This document shows, in pieces, positions 1-10,962 of a DNA stretch of 64,000 bases; within the stretch, counting starts at the first letter, position 1; every line of letters begins with the position of its first letter. Source of the DNA: Asterias rubens (Eukaryota); assembly GCF_902459465.1 (NCBI RefSeq), contig NC_047068.1, positions 20,088,001 to 20,152,000 on the forward strand, given 5' to 3'. The position numbers and the translations under genes are program-made. The notes beneath the pieces are model-generated. The model did not search any database. It had not been told where the DNA came from and saw only the letters and a program-made list of their open reading frames with translations.

Positions 1-340
1 TATCTCAAATATTCTATTTCCATTTCCTGATTATTCGTCACATCTACACTTCCTTAGGTTTATGGTTTAAATAATATATTAAACAACGCGTCTCCTAATT
101 GATTTATTGTGTATTTTGTTTAAATGGCTTCCAAGAGGTTTTCAGAAGCTTTTATGCGATCCCTTTACTTGTAACATTGGAGGAGACCTCAGATTATATA
201 AAAACTTATTAAAATACGATCGGGTTTTAGGAATAAGTAGACTAGTGGCTTCTTCTAGATATCCGTCACTTAGTGACGCTGAAGGCGCTGCAACGCTCGC
301 TATTCAAATCTCGCTACAGCAAGAGATGTGGGACTACGTT

Positions 341-424
341 TGAATATAAGAGACTTATCCATGTTTACACAAATAGCACCATGAATATAAGAGACTTATC
401 CATGTTTTCACACATAGCACCATG
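341..424. repeat. 41 bp tandem duplication
   Basis: TGAATATAAGAGACTTATCCATGTTT... occurs at 341 and again at 382, nearly identical. Confidence 0.9.
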
Positions 425-474
425 TAATAATTTACAAGGTGATGTGACGCAATGTGCTGTCAATCAAACCCTAA

Positions 475-580
475 ACACCGGGGCAAATCCCTTCTTTTGG
501 TAAATGCACGTTGTTCTTTTATGTGAGTAACACAAAACACGGGACCAACGGCGTTACGTCCGATCCGAAGAACGAGAACA
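475..580 (-). mobile_element. SINE fragment with Meta/V-type central domain
   Basis: The reverse complement reads GTTCTTCGGATCGGACGTAACGCCGTTGGTCCCGTG...TAAAAGAACAACGTGCA...AAGGGATTTGCCCCGGTG. This resembles, from memory, the conserved domain of MetaSINEs/V-SINEs. No tRNA head was seen. Confidence 0.45.
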
Positions 581-748
581 ATACAGTGAGTATGGACGCG
601 GATGATACGGTGGGTTCGATTTTGAGTCGAGTACTGCTGATAAGTTTTTGGACGGACACCTTTATTGTAGATTACAGGTAAGATCTGAAGGGTGATGACA
701 GTGGAACATCTAACTTAACTATCACGCCTGCCCTTCGGGTAATTATAG

Positions 749-953
749 GGTGCGTTCGATTAGCTTTCCTGTGTCGGCCACGCGGTGCTCACTCGGGTGA
801 GCCCATGACAAGAGCTAATCGAACGATCACCCACCCTCTCGTGATGACGTCATGCACCTGGGGCCAGCCCCAAGTGACCCATTCCACAAGCAGGGGACTT
901 GGGGATGACCCGGGTGAGCCCCTGGAATGACGTCAAAGCTATTCGAACATACC
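749..953. mobile_element. Harbinger-type MITE (family H1)
   Basis: TIRs GGTGCGTTCGATTAGCT ... AGCTATTCGAACATACC, flanks TAG / CAG (degenerate CWG duplication), no ORF. Confidence 0.65.
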
Positions 954-1107
954 CAGCGAAGCTAATATTACGCATCCATAGACTTTTGTACCACCTATGC
1001 AAAGTAGCATTGACTTACAAGTTTTAATGGTGAAAATGTTTCAAGTTATTTAGTCATGTAATTGACAGTAAAAATTATGATTTATCAAATGTGATACACA
1101 ATTTAGT

Positions 1108-1555
1108 CAGAGTTGTAGTCAAGAGTCAAATACTACTAAGAACAAAGTACGCGTGTAGAGGTGTGAGTACCGAGTACTCTAATCAGATCCCGACAGCCGA
1201 GTACCAAGTACCAAGTACGAACGCTTAATTAAAAAAAGAACCGCACAACAAATAGGTCATACAGAAATTTTAAGACACTTTCATTTTTATGACAGTGTGG
1301 GCTTGCATATGAGTACATCTTAGACAACTTAAATTTTAAACTGTTTAAACAATCTTTTTTGCATTATTGCACTTAGGCCTACATTACTTTCAAATTGAAG
1401 TTTGAGTGTTTTTTCCAGTTATTTTGTTTCTCGTTCGAATATCAAATTTTGGTTTCGAGTACGTTTATTTTGCAAGTCGAGTATACGAGTACAACCAAAG
1501 AGGTACTCGGGAAGTACTCATGTTTTAGGAGTACCGAGCTTGACTTTGTTATAAT
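1108..1555. mobile_element. Degenerate MITE-like element with GAGTAC subterminal motif clusters
   Basis: GAGTAC/GTACTC motifs cluster at both ends (1140-1220, 1455-1540) around an AT-rich core. The TIRs match only weakly. Confidence 0.3.
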
Positions 1556-2197
1556 CTACAAACAAGTAACTTGATGACAAAATAATTTTGAAAACACCCC
1601 GAAGTCCAAACCCCTCGGATATAGTATCTCCTCTTTGTAATTTGACTGCATCTCAGCCTTTGGCTGCGATGGTCCAAAAAAACATAACACATTTTTTTCT
1701 ATAAATGGATATGTTTTTGTTTGTACTTTTTGTATGCCTCTGAAGTAGGTCCGGTTTGGATCGAAAGCTAAGGCCATCTACCCTATTTATTATATATACA
1801 TGTAGATCGGACTCGCAATTTAAGTACATATGCAACCCCGCCCCCTGCCAGTTAACTAGGAACTTGTTTCATATTTTTCCCCATCGATTTTATCTAGGCC
1901 CAAAATTTTACTAACGTGAGAAAAACTTAGAATTCAGACTGTTGCCACCAACCCCTTTAATGGTCTTGGATGTTTGTGAGGATGCCAATTCAATCTAGGT
2001 CAACTCAACAAAACCTGTTCCCGCGGCCGTACGCAGGAGAAACTAATAATGTGGAAAGACTCGGCGGTACTTCAGCCGCGCGCCTTTTTTTATTTTACGA
2101 AACTCACTGAACAAAAGCGGCATCATGTAACTACACTGCATACATTTGGGAATAATAACTTTCATGAGTGAAACAGAAAGGAGTAAATAACACTCAC

Positions 2198-2662
2198 ATA
2201 TGAGATCATGGGTAGGTTCCACGCGGTGGCGATACGAGCTTCTGTTGAGCATGTTTGGTCCGGTCCAAAGAACGCCACCACCCCCTCTGCCCACTGGTTC
2301 GTGAGCAGCCGGATACTTCCGAGTTCGTTCCCGCCGGTGTTGTAGTGATCAGACAGAACGAGGCGATGGTTTGGCAGTAAGTCTTTCCGATCGTTGACGG
2401 TGTGGATGGCCAGGAGTACGGCCCCACTCACCACTAGACCCGACCGGGACACCGCGTCCCCCTCCGGTTTAGCGGTGGTTAGTAATCCAATTCGTATATC
2501 TTGTAATACCGGGGGTACATCAACCCCGGTCGCCGTAGTGGCGTTACTCTCTGCAGGGGCGTCCAGTCCCCCGGCAGAGGGCATCACGGTCAATAGTACA
2601 ACGAAAGAGACCATGCAGCAGCAGCAACAGGCCCCGGTCATCGCTCCACCCCACCACCCCAT
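2198..2662 (-). CDS. First coding exon of a receptor (membrane) guanylyl cyclase-like protein: signal peptide plus N-terminal part of the ANF-receptor/PBP1-type ligand-binding ectodomain
   Basis: ATG at 2662 gives MGWWGGAMTGACCCCCMVSFVVLLTVMPSAGG (hydrophobic signal-like). It continues GLVVSGAVLLAIHTVNDRKDLLPNHRL...GVVAFFGPDQTCSTEARIATAWNLPMISY, which matches the AFFGP...C..EAR.AAAWNLPMISY pattern of invertebrate receptor GC ectodomains (Gyc32E/Gyc76C/speract-receptor-like group). Similarity ends exactly at a phase-0 donor TAT|GTGAGT (2197-2192). In-frame ATGs at 2641 and 2614 are alternative starts. The catalytic domain is not in the window. Confidence 0.85.
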
Positions 2663-2970
2663 GGCCCACCGGGTAGCTGGTACTGTGTTCGGAATCCTTA
2701 CAGTAAGGCTGACGAAATCACTCTGATTAAAATGTCCACTTACGGGCAACACTTCTCATCGATAAGACCAATTCTGTCTCGCTTCATTACTGCTAAGTTG
2801 GGGGTTTCAACCACAAGCACTGCTGAACAAAATCCACATGATAGATAGTACGTGCACAAAAAACCAAGGTTTTACATCCGTAGAAACGACAGTTTGAAAG
2901 AAAACTCATCCATCGATCACTGTATCTGTCCATTCAACACATACCATCCTCTTCCTTCTTCCAAAAGTAT
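2663..2970 (-). other. Probable 5' UTR part of the guanylyl cyclase-like exon
   Basis: A strong minus-strand acceptor (TATTTATCTCCTTGACAG|ATAC, CAG at 2973-2971) lies upstream of the ATG. Inference only; no transcript data. Confidence 0.4.
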
Positions 2971-4148
2971 CTGTCAAGGAGATAAATACGTAGTGTTGAT
3001 AAGTTGGTTTTAGAAGGTTAGATCTACTCTGTTCATATATCGGCTAAAAGAAACACCGCACACACGTACAGACGGCTCAACAATGAACCGATTGATTGGT
3101 GGCTCATGAGCTTGCATCTGAAGCAAGTGGCCAGTCAATCTCTAGTAATATACAAATGTTGGTGACCATGTACAGTACATATTGCACTAAACAATACGCA
3201 TAGCGCACGGGTTTGAGCACAGGTGGCGCTTTTTACTTGCCCACATTTCTCGTCTGCTGCTCTGGTGCGGTGAGGTGTGGACTAGTCCAAAACCAAAAAC
3301 GGGGAGTCCCTGGGAAATTTATTGCTATTATTGCGCATGAGGATCGTGTCGGTGACTAGCTGGCTTGGAGCTTACTGATTGTTCCAAAGGGGGGTAATTC
3401 ATACCACGCGCAGGGGAGATGGTTATCGTTAAATGTGCAGCAGCTACATTGGACACTGGTGGTTTGCGAATGGATTGCTGGATTTTTTTGCCAAGTTACA
3501 ATTTGTTTTCTATATACCTTCGTCAGCGGTATAAACAAGCACAAAAAACCATATCCATTTACAGAAAAACAAAAAGCTAAAAATTATCATAATTATAGAA
3601 ATATATAATTTTAAACAAAATGTCAACAATCGGGGAAACTCATTCTAAAAAATATGAAAAAGGGGCTTCATAAAGAAACAAATTATTAAACACAATTGAA
3701 AATGTCCAACAAGGTTTTATTTTACTATTTTAATAGTTTTGCTAAATTTACGGGTAACCTCATTATATTAAAGGGTCTCTCATCCAGAAACAAAACAACA
3801 CAGTTAAAATTATCCAAGCAAATCAAAATATATAAAAAAAAAACTGACATAATTAACATAAACGACCCATGGAGCTTAACATTAACTGTTAAACAAAAAG
3901 AGTGTTTAATACTAATGGCTCAGCTTTTATATCATAGATGCCGGTTACAATTGACAGAAACTGAAAACCATTCAATTGCACTGGTTGTGTGGGCAGATCA
4001 ATTGTGTACATTAATAAAGTTTTAATACTACAGATAACATATTTTTATTCGAAACTATAACGAAGTGTTGGAGGAAAATATGCAAAACACTAAGTGTTTT
4101 CGCATTGCTTTCCTTTGTAGTGCAAATTCATTCACTACAATCGCAATC

Positions 4149-4515
4149 TTAAAGTTACGGAACACTGTTGATAATTCCTCAAAATACTTTACTTGACAAC
4201 AAGTAACGGAGAGCCGTTGAAATTATAAAACACTGTGAGAAACCACTCCCTCAGAAGTAACGTAGTTTTTGAGAAAGAGGTAATTTATCACTCAAATATT
4301 AAAAGACTACAGGTTTGAAACATTTTACTAGCACCTGAAAGCACACCAAAACATGCGACAAGGGTGTTTTTTCTTTCGTTAATCTTTTGCAATTTCGATG
4401 ACCAATTATTGAGCAAACCTTTCAAAGATGTGTTTTGTATACATTTTTATGTTGGGACACACCAAGTGAGAATACTGGTCTTCGACAAATTACCCAAGGT
4501 GTCCAGTGGCTTTAA
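4149..4515 (-). mobile_element. Kolobok-type MITE family A, old diverged copy
   Basis: TTAA at both ends, homologous to the 10963 copy in reverse orientation. For family A, strand means orientation relative to the 10963 copy. Confidence 0.75.
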
Positions 4516-4726
4516 ATACTTTACAGGCAGGCAATTTAATTCACTCGTGTGTGCCATTTTTATACCTCTCAGGGAGATACCCTCTCTTCCCCACCTCCAT
4601 CTTTCATCTAAAACCATAGCATGACCATAGTCGGATATTTGTCGAGTCAATTTATAAACCCTATGCTTCTTGAATATCTGGAGCAGCTCCAACCGCGCGC
4701 ACAGCCTGCACGCAGAGCCGGCTTAC

Positions 4727-4810
4727 CGTTCACCCCTCGGTTTCATTTAGCGTCATTCACATTTGCAGACGACAGTTCTAAATAGAGACGGTGGAAAAAG
4801 GGCGGGGCCC
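4727..4810 (-). promoter_or_regulatory. Candidate promoter and non-coding first exon of the guanylyl cyclase-like gene
   Basis: Locally CpG-rich patch (4690-4860) with a GC box GGGCGGGG at about 4800-4807 and a consensus minus-strand donor ACG|GTAAGC (4726-4721) facing the coding exon. Confidence 0.3.
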
Positions 4811-5175
4811 GTGCTCATTCTAGGATAAAGCAATCGTCGCAGAGTGCAGGAGGGTAGTCCTAATCGTGTGTATTCTATGCCTCGTTTGAGGTCATTTGAA
4901 TGGCGTGAGTCGTAGAAATGAATTCTTGCCGTATATTGTTGTGAGTCCAGAATATATTGAAAATAAAAGTCGGCTCATGACTTGGATTTCCGCATTAAGC
5001 ACGCTTCTGTGAAGTTGAAATCTATAAATACATGTTGATATATCCATCCACGATTGACCATGATGCTTGCCACTGGAGCAAATCATGATCAAATTTGAAC
5101 CGTCAACCAATTACATTTTAGAGTCAGTTCAGGTAAATATTTGACATACGTGCTCACGGTCAAATAAAAATGAAT

Positions 5176-5410
5176 TGCACCAACTACACGTTCAAAAATG
5201 GCGCCAAAGATTCTGCAAGTGAAGTCGGTGCAGCCATTTTTGAAAGTGTAGTTGGTACAATCATTTTTGAACGAGTAGTTGGTGCAGCTATTTTTGAACG
5301 TGTAGTTGGCACAACCATTTTTGAACTTGATGTTAGTGCAGCCATTATTTAACGTGTAGTTCGGGAGCCATTATTGAACGTGTAGTTTGGGGAGCCAGTA
5401 TTTGGGAGCC
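5176..5410. repeat. 27 bp minisatellite (~7 diverged units) preceded by one inverted unit
   Basis: Unit ~GTAGTTGGTGCAGCCATTTTTGAACGT from about 5221. The segment 5176-5203 (TGCACCAACTACACGTTCAAAAATGGCG) is the unit in reverse complement. Confidence 0.85.
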
Positions 5411-5505
5411 TTTTAACAATGTTCATTACTACCGGCAGCTCTCCGTTGCTTGTTACAAGGTAAATGTTCATGGAAACGATTACCAATTGTGTCCAGTGCC
5501 TTTAA
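5410..5505 (+). mobile_element. Kolobok-type MITE family A, right-end fragment
   Basis: CAGCTCTCCGTTGCTTGTTAC...ATTACCAATTGTGTCCAGTGCCTTTAA. Confidence 0.65.
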
Positions 5506-5627
5506 AATATATCGCTAATTTGTCTCATCTTGTTGAATCGTGACTTACTTTGCTAATTTATCTCACCATTAAAAAGAAGATTACTTTAGCCATAGACGTC
5601 GACTCTACATATTATGGTGAGAAAGCT

Positions 5628-5922
5628 CAACTTGGTGTATCTCAACATATGCACAAAATAACAAACCTGTGAAAAGTTGAACTCGATCGGTCGTCGAAGT
5701 TGCGACAGAATAATGGAAGAAAAAACACTCTTGTCGCACAAGATCGTGCTTTAAGCTGCTTGATTTTGAGACCTCAGCTTCTTTCTCAAAAACTACATTA
5801 CTTCAGAGAGAGCCGTTAGTCACAATGTATTACTATCAACAGCTCTCCGTTGCTTGTTACCAAGTTAGTTTTAATGCTAGCAAATATTTCGAAAAATTAC
5901 CAGTAGTGTCCAGTGTATTTAA
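5628..5922 (+). mobile_element. Kolobok-type MITE family A, left-truncated
   Basis: Family body (CTTGGTGTATCTCAACATATGCA...) and right TIR ...AGTAGTGTCCAGTGTATTTAA. Confidence 0.8.
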
Positions 5923-6349
5923 AGTCGCAATTGCTTGGTGACATTTAAGAGGCTCGCACACTTTTAACTTATAAGATTCTAACACGTGCAAAAACCAGTG
6001 GTGAAGTCATCAATTTAGATTAAGGTTGAAGTATCAGGGATTGTTGCATTTAAGTAAAAGCCATGAAACTGTTTCTGCTTCGGTTAAAGGCTGTCTGCGG
6101 CTTGATCTAAGAAAGGGAACAAGGACGATAATACATTTAAGACAAAGACGCATAAATCAGTAATAAGTGACTTTCTCAAGCTTCAGTTTTTATTACAGAT
6201 AATCGCATATCCAACTGTTGGATATGAACAAAGTTCTTTTCCTGCTGAATTTATAGAGTATCTGTGCTCCAATTCACATCAAATGGCGACAGGCATTGAA
6301 CACAGAATTGAATTTAACATGTATACAGATTCATCATTTAGAGGCACTG

Positions 6350-6456
6350 CGGTCGATTTCACAAAGAGATAGGACTGGCCCTAACTATAGGACTAGTCCT
6401 AGTTGATATTAAACATTTACAAGTTAATACCAGTAACTCGTACTAAATCGAGATAC
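6350..6456. mobile_element. Harbinger-type MITE family H2, truncated
   Basis: Begins CTG|CGGTCGATTTCACAAAGAG, homologous to the copies at 52442 and 62762. Its other end is replaced by a family A MITE. Confidence 0.7.
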
Positions 6457-6853
6457 TTAAAGACACTGGACACTATTGGTAATTGTCATAGACCAGTCTT
6501 CTCACTTGGTGTATCTAAAACATATGCATCAAATAACAACCTGTTAAAATTCGAGCTCAATCGGTCATCGAAGTTGCGAGATAATAATGAAAGAAAAAAT
6601 ACCCTTGCCATCACACGAAGTTGTGTGCGTTTATGCTTGATTTCGCGACCTCAAATTCTAAATCTGAGGTCTTGAAATCAAATTCGTGGAAAATTAATTC
6701 TTTCTCGAAAACTACTCCATTTCAGAGGGAGCCGTTTCTCACAATGTTTTACCAAATTCAACAGCTCTGTATTTGTTATTTTATGCATATTTTGGGATAT
6801 ACCACGTAGAATACTGGACTTCGACAATTACCAAAGGTGTCCAGTGTCTTTAA
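6457..6853 (+). mobile_element. Kolobok-type MITE family A, chimeric (same end type at both termini)
   Basis: TTAA-flanked. The body runs forward to ~6770, then switches to an inverted copy of the left end. Confidence 0.8.
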
Positions 6854-7545
6854 ACACTGCTGGTTGACACAAATACATAATACATTGAAAGACAATGACA
6901 TGTATAAATTCAAAAGGACACATCACGCCCTAGTGCATCCCGTCGTGTCTTATTTGAAATTGGTAACTGTCTTGACCCGTGCTTGCGCTACACTCCCTAT
7001 CACGGGAGATGTAATTACACTGTGGCCGTGTATAGTAACATCATTATTCTGGACTCTAATTCCAAAACCGATTCTCATCAACAGACTCGCATAATATGGG
7101 TTACAAGGCGCCAAAACTCGGACTCATTTACAGTTTAGCACTCCAAGCTCGTCATAGCCACAAGAAAGACAACCTTGTGTTTGTTTGTTATTATAGAAGG
7201 GTTCAGTGTACGAATGGGCCGTGTTAATGTGAGGACTCTGCCTTTTGATACAATGTGACGGAAATATTCCGCGTGTTGGACACGTTCAATTTCACGCACC
7301 GCTGGGTCATTTTGCCCCGCTAATGATCAGATTGAACTGTCAGGAAAATGACGCACTGCGTTTCCAAGTAAGGATTTGGAAAAGGAGTGATATTATTAAG
7401 ATGGCGAAGTTTGTTTATGCAATGAAAATTGTTTATCTCACTCGATACGCCTTCAACTCCTATCTAATTAAGGTAGCTTTTTTGTCCCTCAAGTGTAATT
7501 GTACTTGTATTTTTAAAAGGGACAATTTTAAATGTGAGAAAGCCG

Positions 7546-7763
7546 GGCCTAATTTCATGGCTCTGCTCACCGCACAATTCTGCGCTTGCGATCACCATTC
7601 TCCACTTACAGGGCACACGCCAGATTTACGTGTTAGCTCTAAAGCAAATGCCCAGTAATGTGCCGAATTCGGACGGGCATGAGCAAACATTCCCTTCTTG
7701 AACTTTTTACTTCCGTTTGCGCAGATTGTTTGCTAACGGTAAGCAAAGTCATGAAATTGGTCC
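7546..7763. mobile_element. Harbinger-type MITE family H3
   Basis: TIRs GGCCTAATTTCATGGCTCTGCT ... AGCAAAGTCATGAAATTGGTCC. A related element starts immediately after, at 7781, and runs to ~7962. Confidence 0.7.
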
Positions 7764-8189
7764 CACAGTTCTGACTATTAGGCCCAATTTCATAGAACTG
7801 CTTCAGCAGAAACATTAAACAACCCCTCTTCAGCAACAATAAGCAGGATACTAGTCACAAACTGTACATGTGGCATGGTATTTCGGCAACTTTATTCTGG
7901 TTAGCATTTTTATTTTGCTAAGCTTATTTTTTGTGATAAAGCAGCCATCACAAATAAGCCATAATCCTATTTAGCGACAAACTCGACATCACTTAAATTT
8001 CATTTTAAGATTAAGTTGTTGGAAACTTTGACATCTGACTGCTTGTCCTGACTTTGTTTGTTATGACTTTCCCGTCACCGTGATGCTCCGATAGACATGA
8101 ATCGATTTATATGCCTACCGGTTCATCAAATAAAAACACACAGTGTGATTACACATTGGCCCCCTGACAAAAGGGTTTCTATTTGGAAC

Positions 8190-8551
8190 TAAAGAATTTG
8201 TTCCCAATTCTTTAGGAAGACCAGTGTTATCACGTTATCCCAACAATATGCATAACATAAAAATTATGTGGAAGTTTGGGACTCAATTGGTCATTGAAGT
8301 TGCAAGAGTAAAAAGAAAGAAAAACACCCTTGTTGCACAAATCGGTGTGCTTTCATATGCATATACAAGCTTCGGGCCTGAAGTCTTTTAATATTTGAGT
8401 GAGAAATTACCTCTTTCTCAAAAACGACGTTACTTCAGAGGGAGCCGTTTCTCACAATAGTTAATACTATCACTCTCCACAGCTCGTTAACAACTAAGTT
8501 TTTATGCCAAAAATTAGTTTGATTAATAACCGACAGTGTCCAGTGCCTAAA
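8190..8551 (+). mobile_element. Kolobok-type MITE family A, old subtype
   Basis: Family body with the CTTCGGGCCTGAAGTC-type interior and right TIR AGTGTCCAGTGCCT. Confidence 0.7.
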
Positions 8552-9597
8552 ATTGTATACGATCAAACACCAATTTAAAAGTGGTAAGTTAGTATGGTTT
8601 GCGGTGAAACCATGTACAAAATCTCTTTAGTGAGTAATGGTGACTCTCAGAAGAGCCAGTTTGTAAAAGTGGCAAGTTAAAAGTGTCATGCCCTTATCGC
8701 TAAAGTTGAGTAGATAACTTACTTGGTTACAATCATGCCACCAGAGGTGATATGTAAGTACAAGAATAAAGGTCTCGCATCAAACACCACCAACTCCGAT
8801 TTTATGTCTTCTTCTTCTTCTTCTGCCTGAGGACTTTTCATAGTACAGCGTTGATCTCTTCAGGGCAGATGCACTTTCACCGGAGTGGAAAAGTCTCACA
8901 GCGCACTACACAAAAAGCTTCCATGATGATGTCGTCTTACTATAACGTTCATCACACAATCGACAGAGAGTGAGAGAGAGGGAATATAAAAATCAGAAAA
9001 CCTCTTCAGACTAGAAGGATACAAGTCTATTAGCCTCCTTTAGGCAGGTAAGACAGATTGACATCGCATTAACGATGGTATCACGCGGATTTTCCATCAG
9101 AAAGCGTTCGAGTGCAATGATCATTTCTGAGTAACAGCACGTGGATGCGTGGGGCAACAGACACTGTTAGGACAGTTCATGCTGAGACCAGTTTATACAC
9201 ACACTCCAGGCTTTAGATTCAAGGCACATTTTTCTTAAAGAGTTTTGTTAAGTACTCTGAATTTCGAACCCCCGTTTTGTGTCACTCTGTATGCAATACT
9301 TTGGTTGTTAAGAAGAGTATTGGCGAACCCTGTCGCAATGTATGCCACACTGTTCGATGGTTTGATATGAGCTCTTCAACCAACGTCCACCCACTTTGCT
9401 TTTCCCTGAGCGCACAAATAAATTGGGCTAAAAGGTGTGTAGGAAGGAAGCAATAGCTTTCACTACATCAGCAAATCACTACCGGTTTTTTTCTTCTTCT
9501 AGTACAATGAGAATCTAGCATTGAATGAGCAGAGAATTAGGTCAATTTAATGGAATGTTTGACCACCTTTCGTCCAACAGTTGTTACAAATCACAAA

Positions 9598-9698
9598 AGC
9601 CCTTTTCACACAACTCTGTTTACCGGGGTAATTGCGGGGTGAACAAACTCCCGGGCCTCCCCGGGGATGTATCCCACTGGAGATAGTGTGAGAAGGCT
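9598..9698. mobile_element. Tiny MITE-like element (~100 bp)
   Basis: Inverted termini AGCCCTTTTCACAC ... GTGTGAGAAGGCT around a GC-rich core. TSD unclear. Confidence 0.45.
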
Positions 9699-10962
9699 AT
9701 AGAGGTATGCCAAAAAGAACACGTATAAGTTGTTTTCTTTCTGCAGTGACGTTTAAATACAGTTCCAGTGAGCCACTGTAAAGTGCACAGTGGCTTGCGT
9801 ATACTTAAAGTTATAATTACCTTAAAACTATCAAAGATGAAAAACTATGAGTTTTGTATTGATTTGAATACATTTCTCTTGACCCAGCAGCCACACCATT
9901 TATACTGATTGCATTGACCATGTATGCCTTTCACTACACGGATGTCATTGCCAGTAATATGCCCTTGGCCTCGGTACCCCCTTCAAATGATTTTTAGAAC
10001 ACAAAGTGATGAGCATGGTTATAACGTCAGAAATCAAAGTTGTATACTCCTTATGCTGATTCAGTGGCCACACATAGGCTAGTTGTGTTTAAACACTTCT
10101 GACTGTGGTTACATCATCCATTTGAACACCCCCACATGATGTCCTATCAACCAATCAAAATGGAGAAACTGTCCCAGGTATATATGAATCATAGTTATAA
10201 TGGTCTATCGCATTAATAGCAGCTGAATAAACGTCGACGATTATTCCACGCAGCACCATCTGCAAACATTACAGTATTTGATTAGGTCTTCCATGGTGTA
10301 ATAGATATTGTGCTTGACACCCTTTAATATTGTGCTTGGCACCCAAAGGTCTCATGACAAATTAGTCAATACGTAAGTCAAATAGTGAACTTTTGACAGC
10401 AATGGGATATTTTCCGCACAGGTAATTTTTTGTCTGAAACCCCGGTCTTCATCCTCCTGATGAATTGTATCTATAACTACCAACACCAAGACATATGCAT
10501 TTTCAAATATGTAAGTTAGTGATTCATACGAAAGTTCAATTTGAAAAGTGGTATTTTCGGCTTCAATTGGCAAGACCCGCGTTGAAAAGGACTTTGAACA
10601 ACAAGTTTCTTTTTCACGTTTTGGTGTCCAACGCACACGTTACTTGCGGGGTCCTCAAATCACATCACTTTTTGTACAACGGCAGTTTGCAAAGCTATAA
10701 ATAAAACCCACATGTAGCAATAAAGTGGGCGAAAGTACTTGACATTTTTTAGGTTGACAATTAAACAAGGAATTGGGTCAAAATAACAATAGGCATTTGT
10801 CATGCGCCAAATCAAGTTAAAAGGATGTTCAATGTGCAGAGAACCAGGGTCAATGTAAACAAGTCGATAAAATGTACAATAACGTATCCAGTGAACAGAA
10901 AGCAAAATATAAAGAAGGGCAAACATACAATATTTACCATGAAAAGCAACACAACTATGAGT

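Noticed and set aside
1-2191. Next exon of the guanylyl cyclase-like gene
   Set aside because: I found no minus-strand acceptor followed by the expected continuation (xC...S....PTFART-like). The exon is probably outside the window.
2394-2726. Plus-strand 110 aa ORF with poly-Q
   Set aside because: Antisense shadow of the GC-rich coding exon; the poly-Q is the complement of the Cys codons.
2663-2752. N-terminal extension of the ORF from position 2752
   Set aside because: The track start is a GTG. The first ATG is at 2662, followed by a signal-peptide-like sequence.
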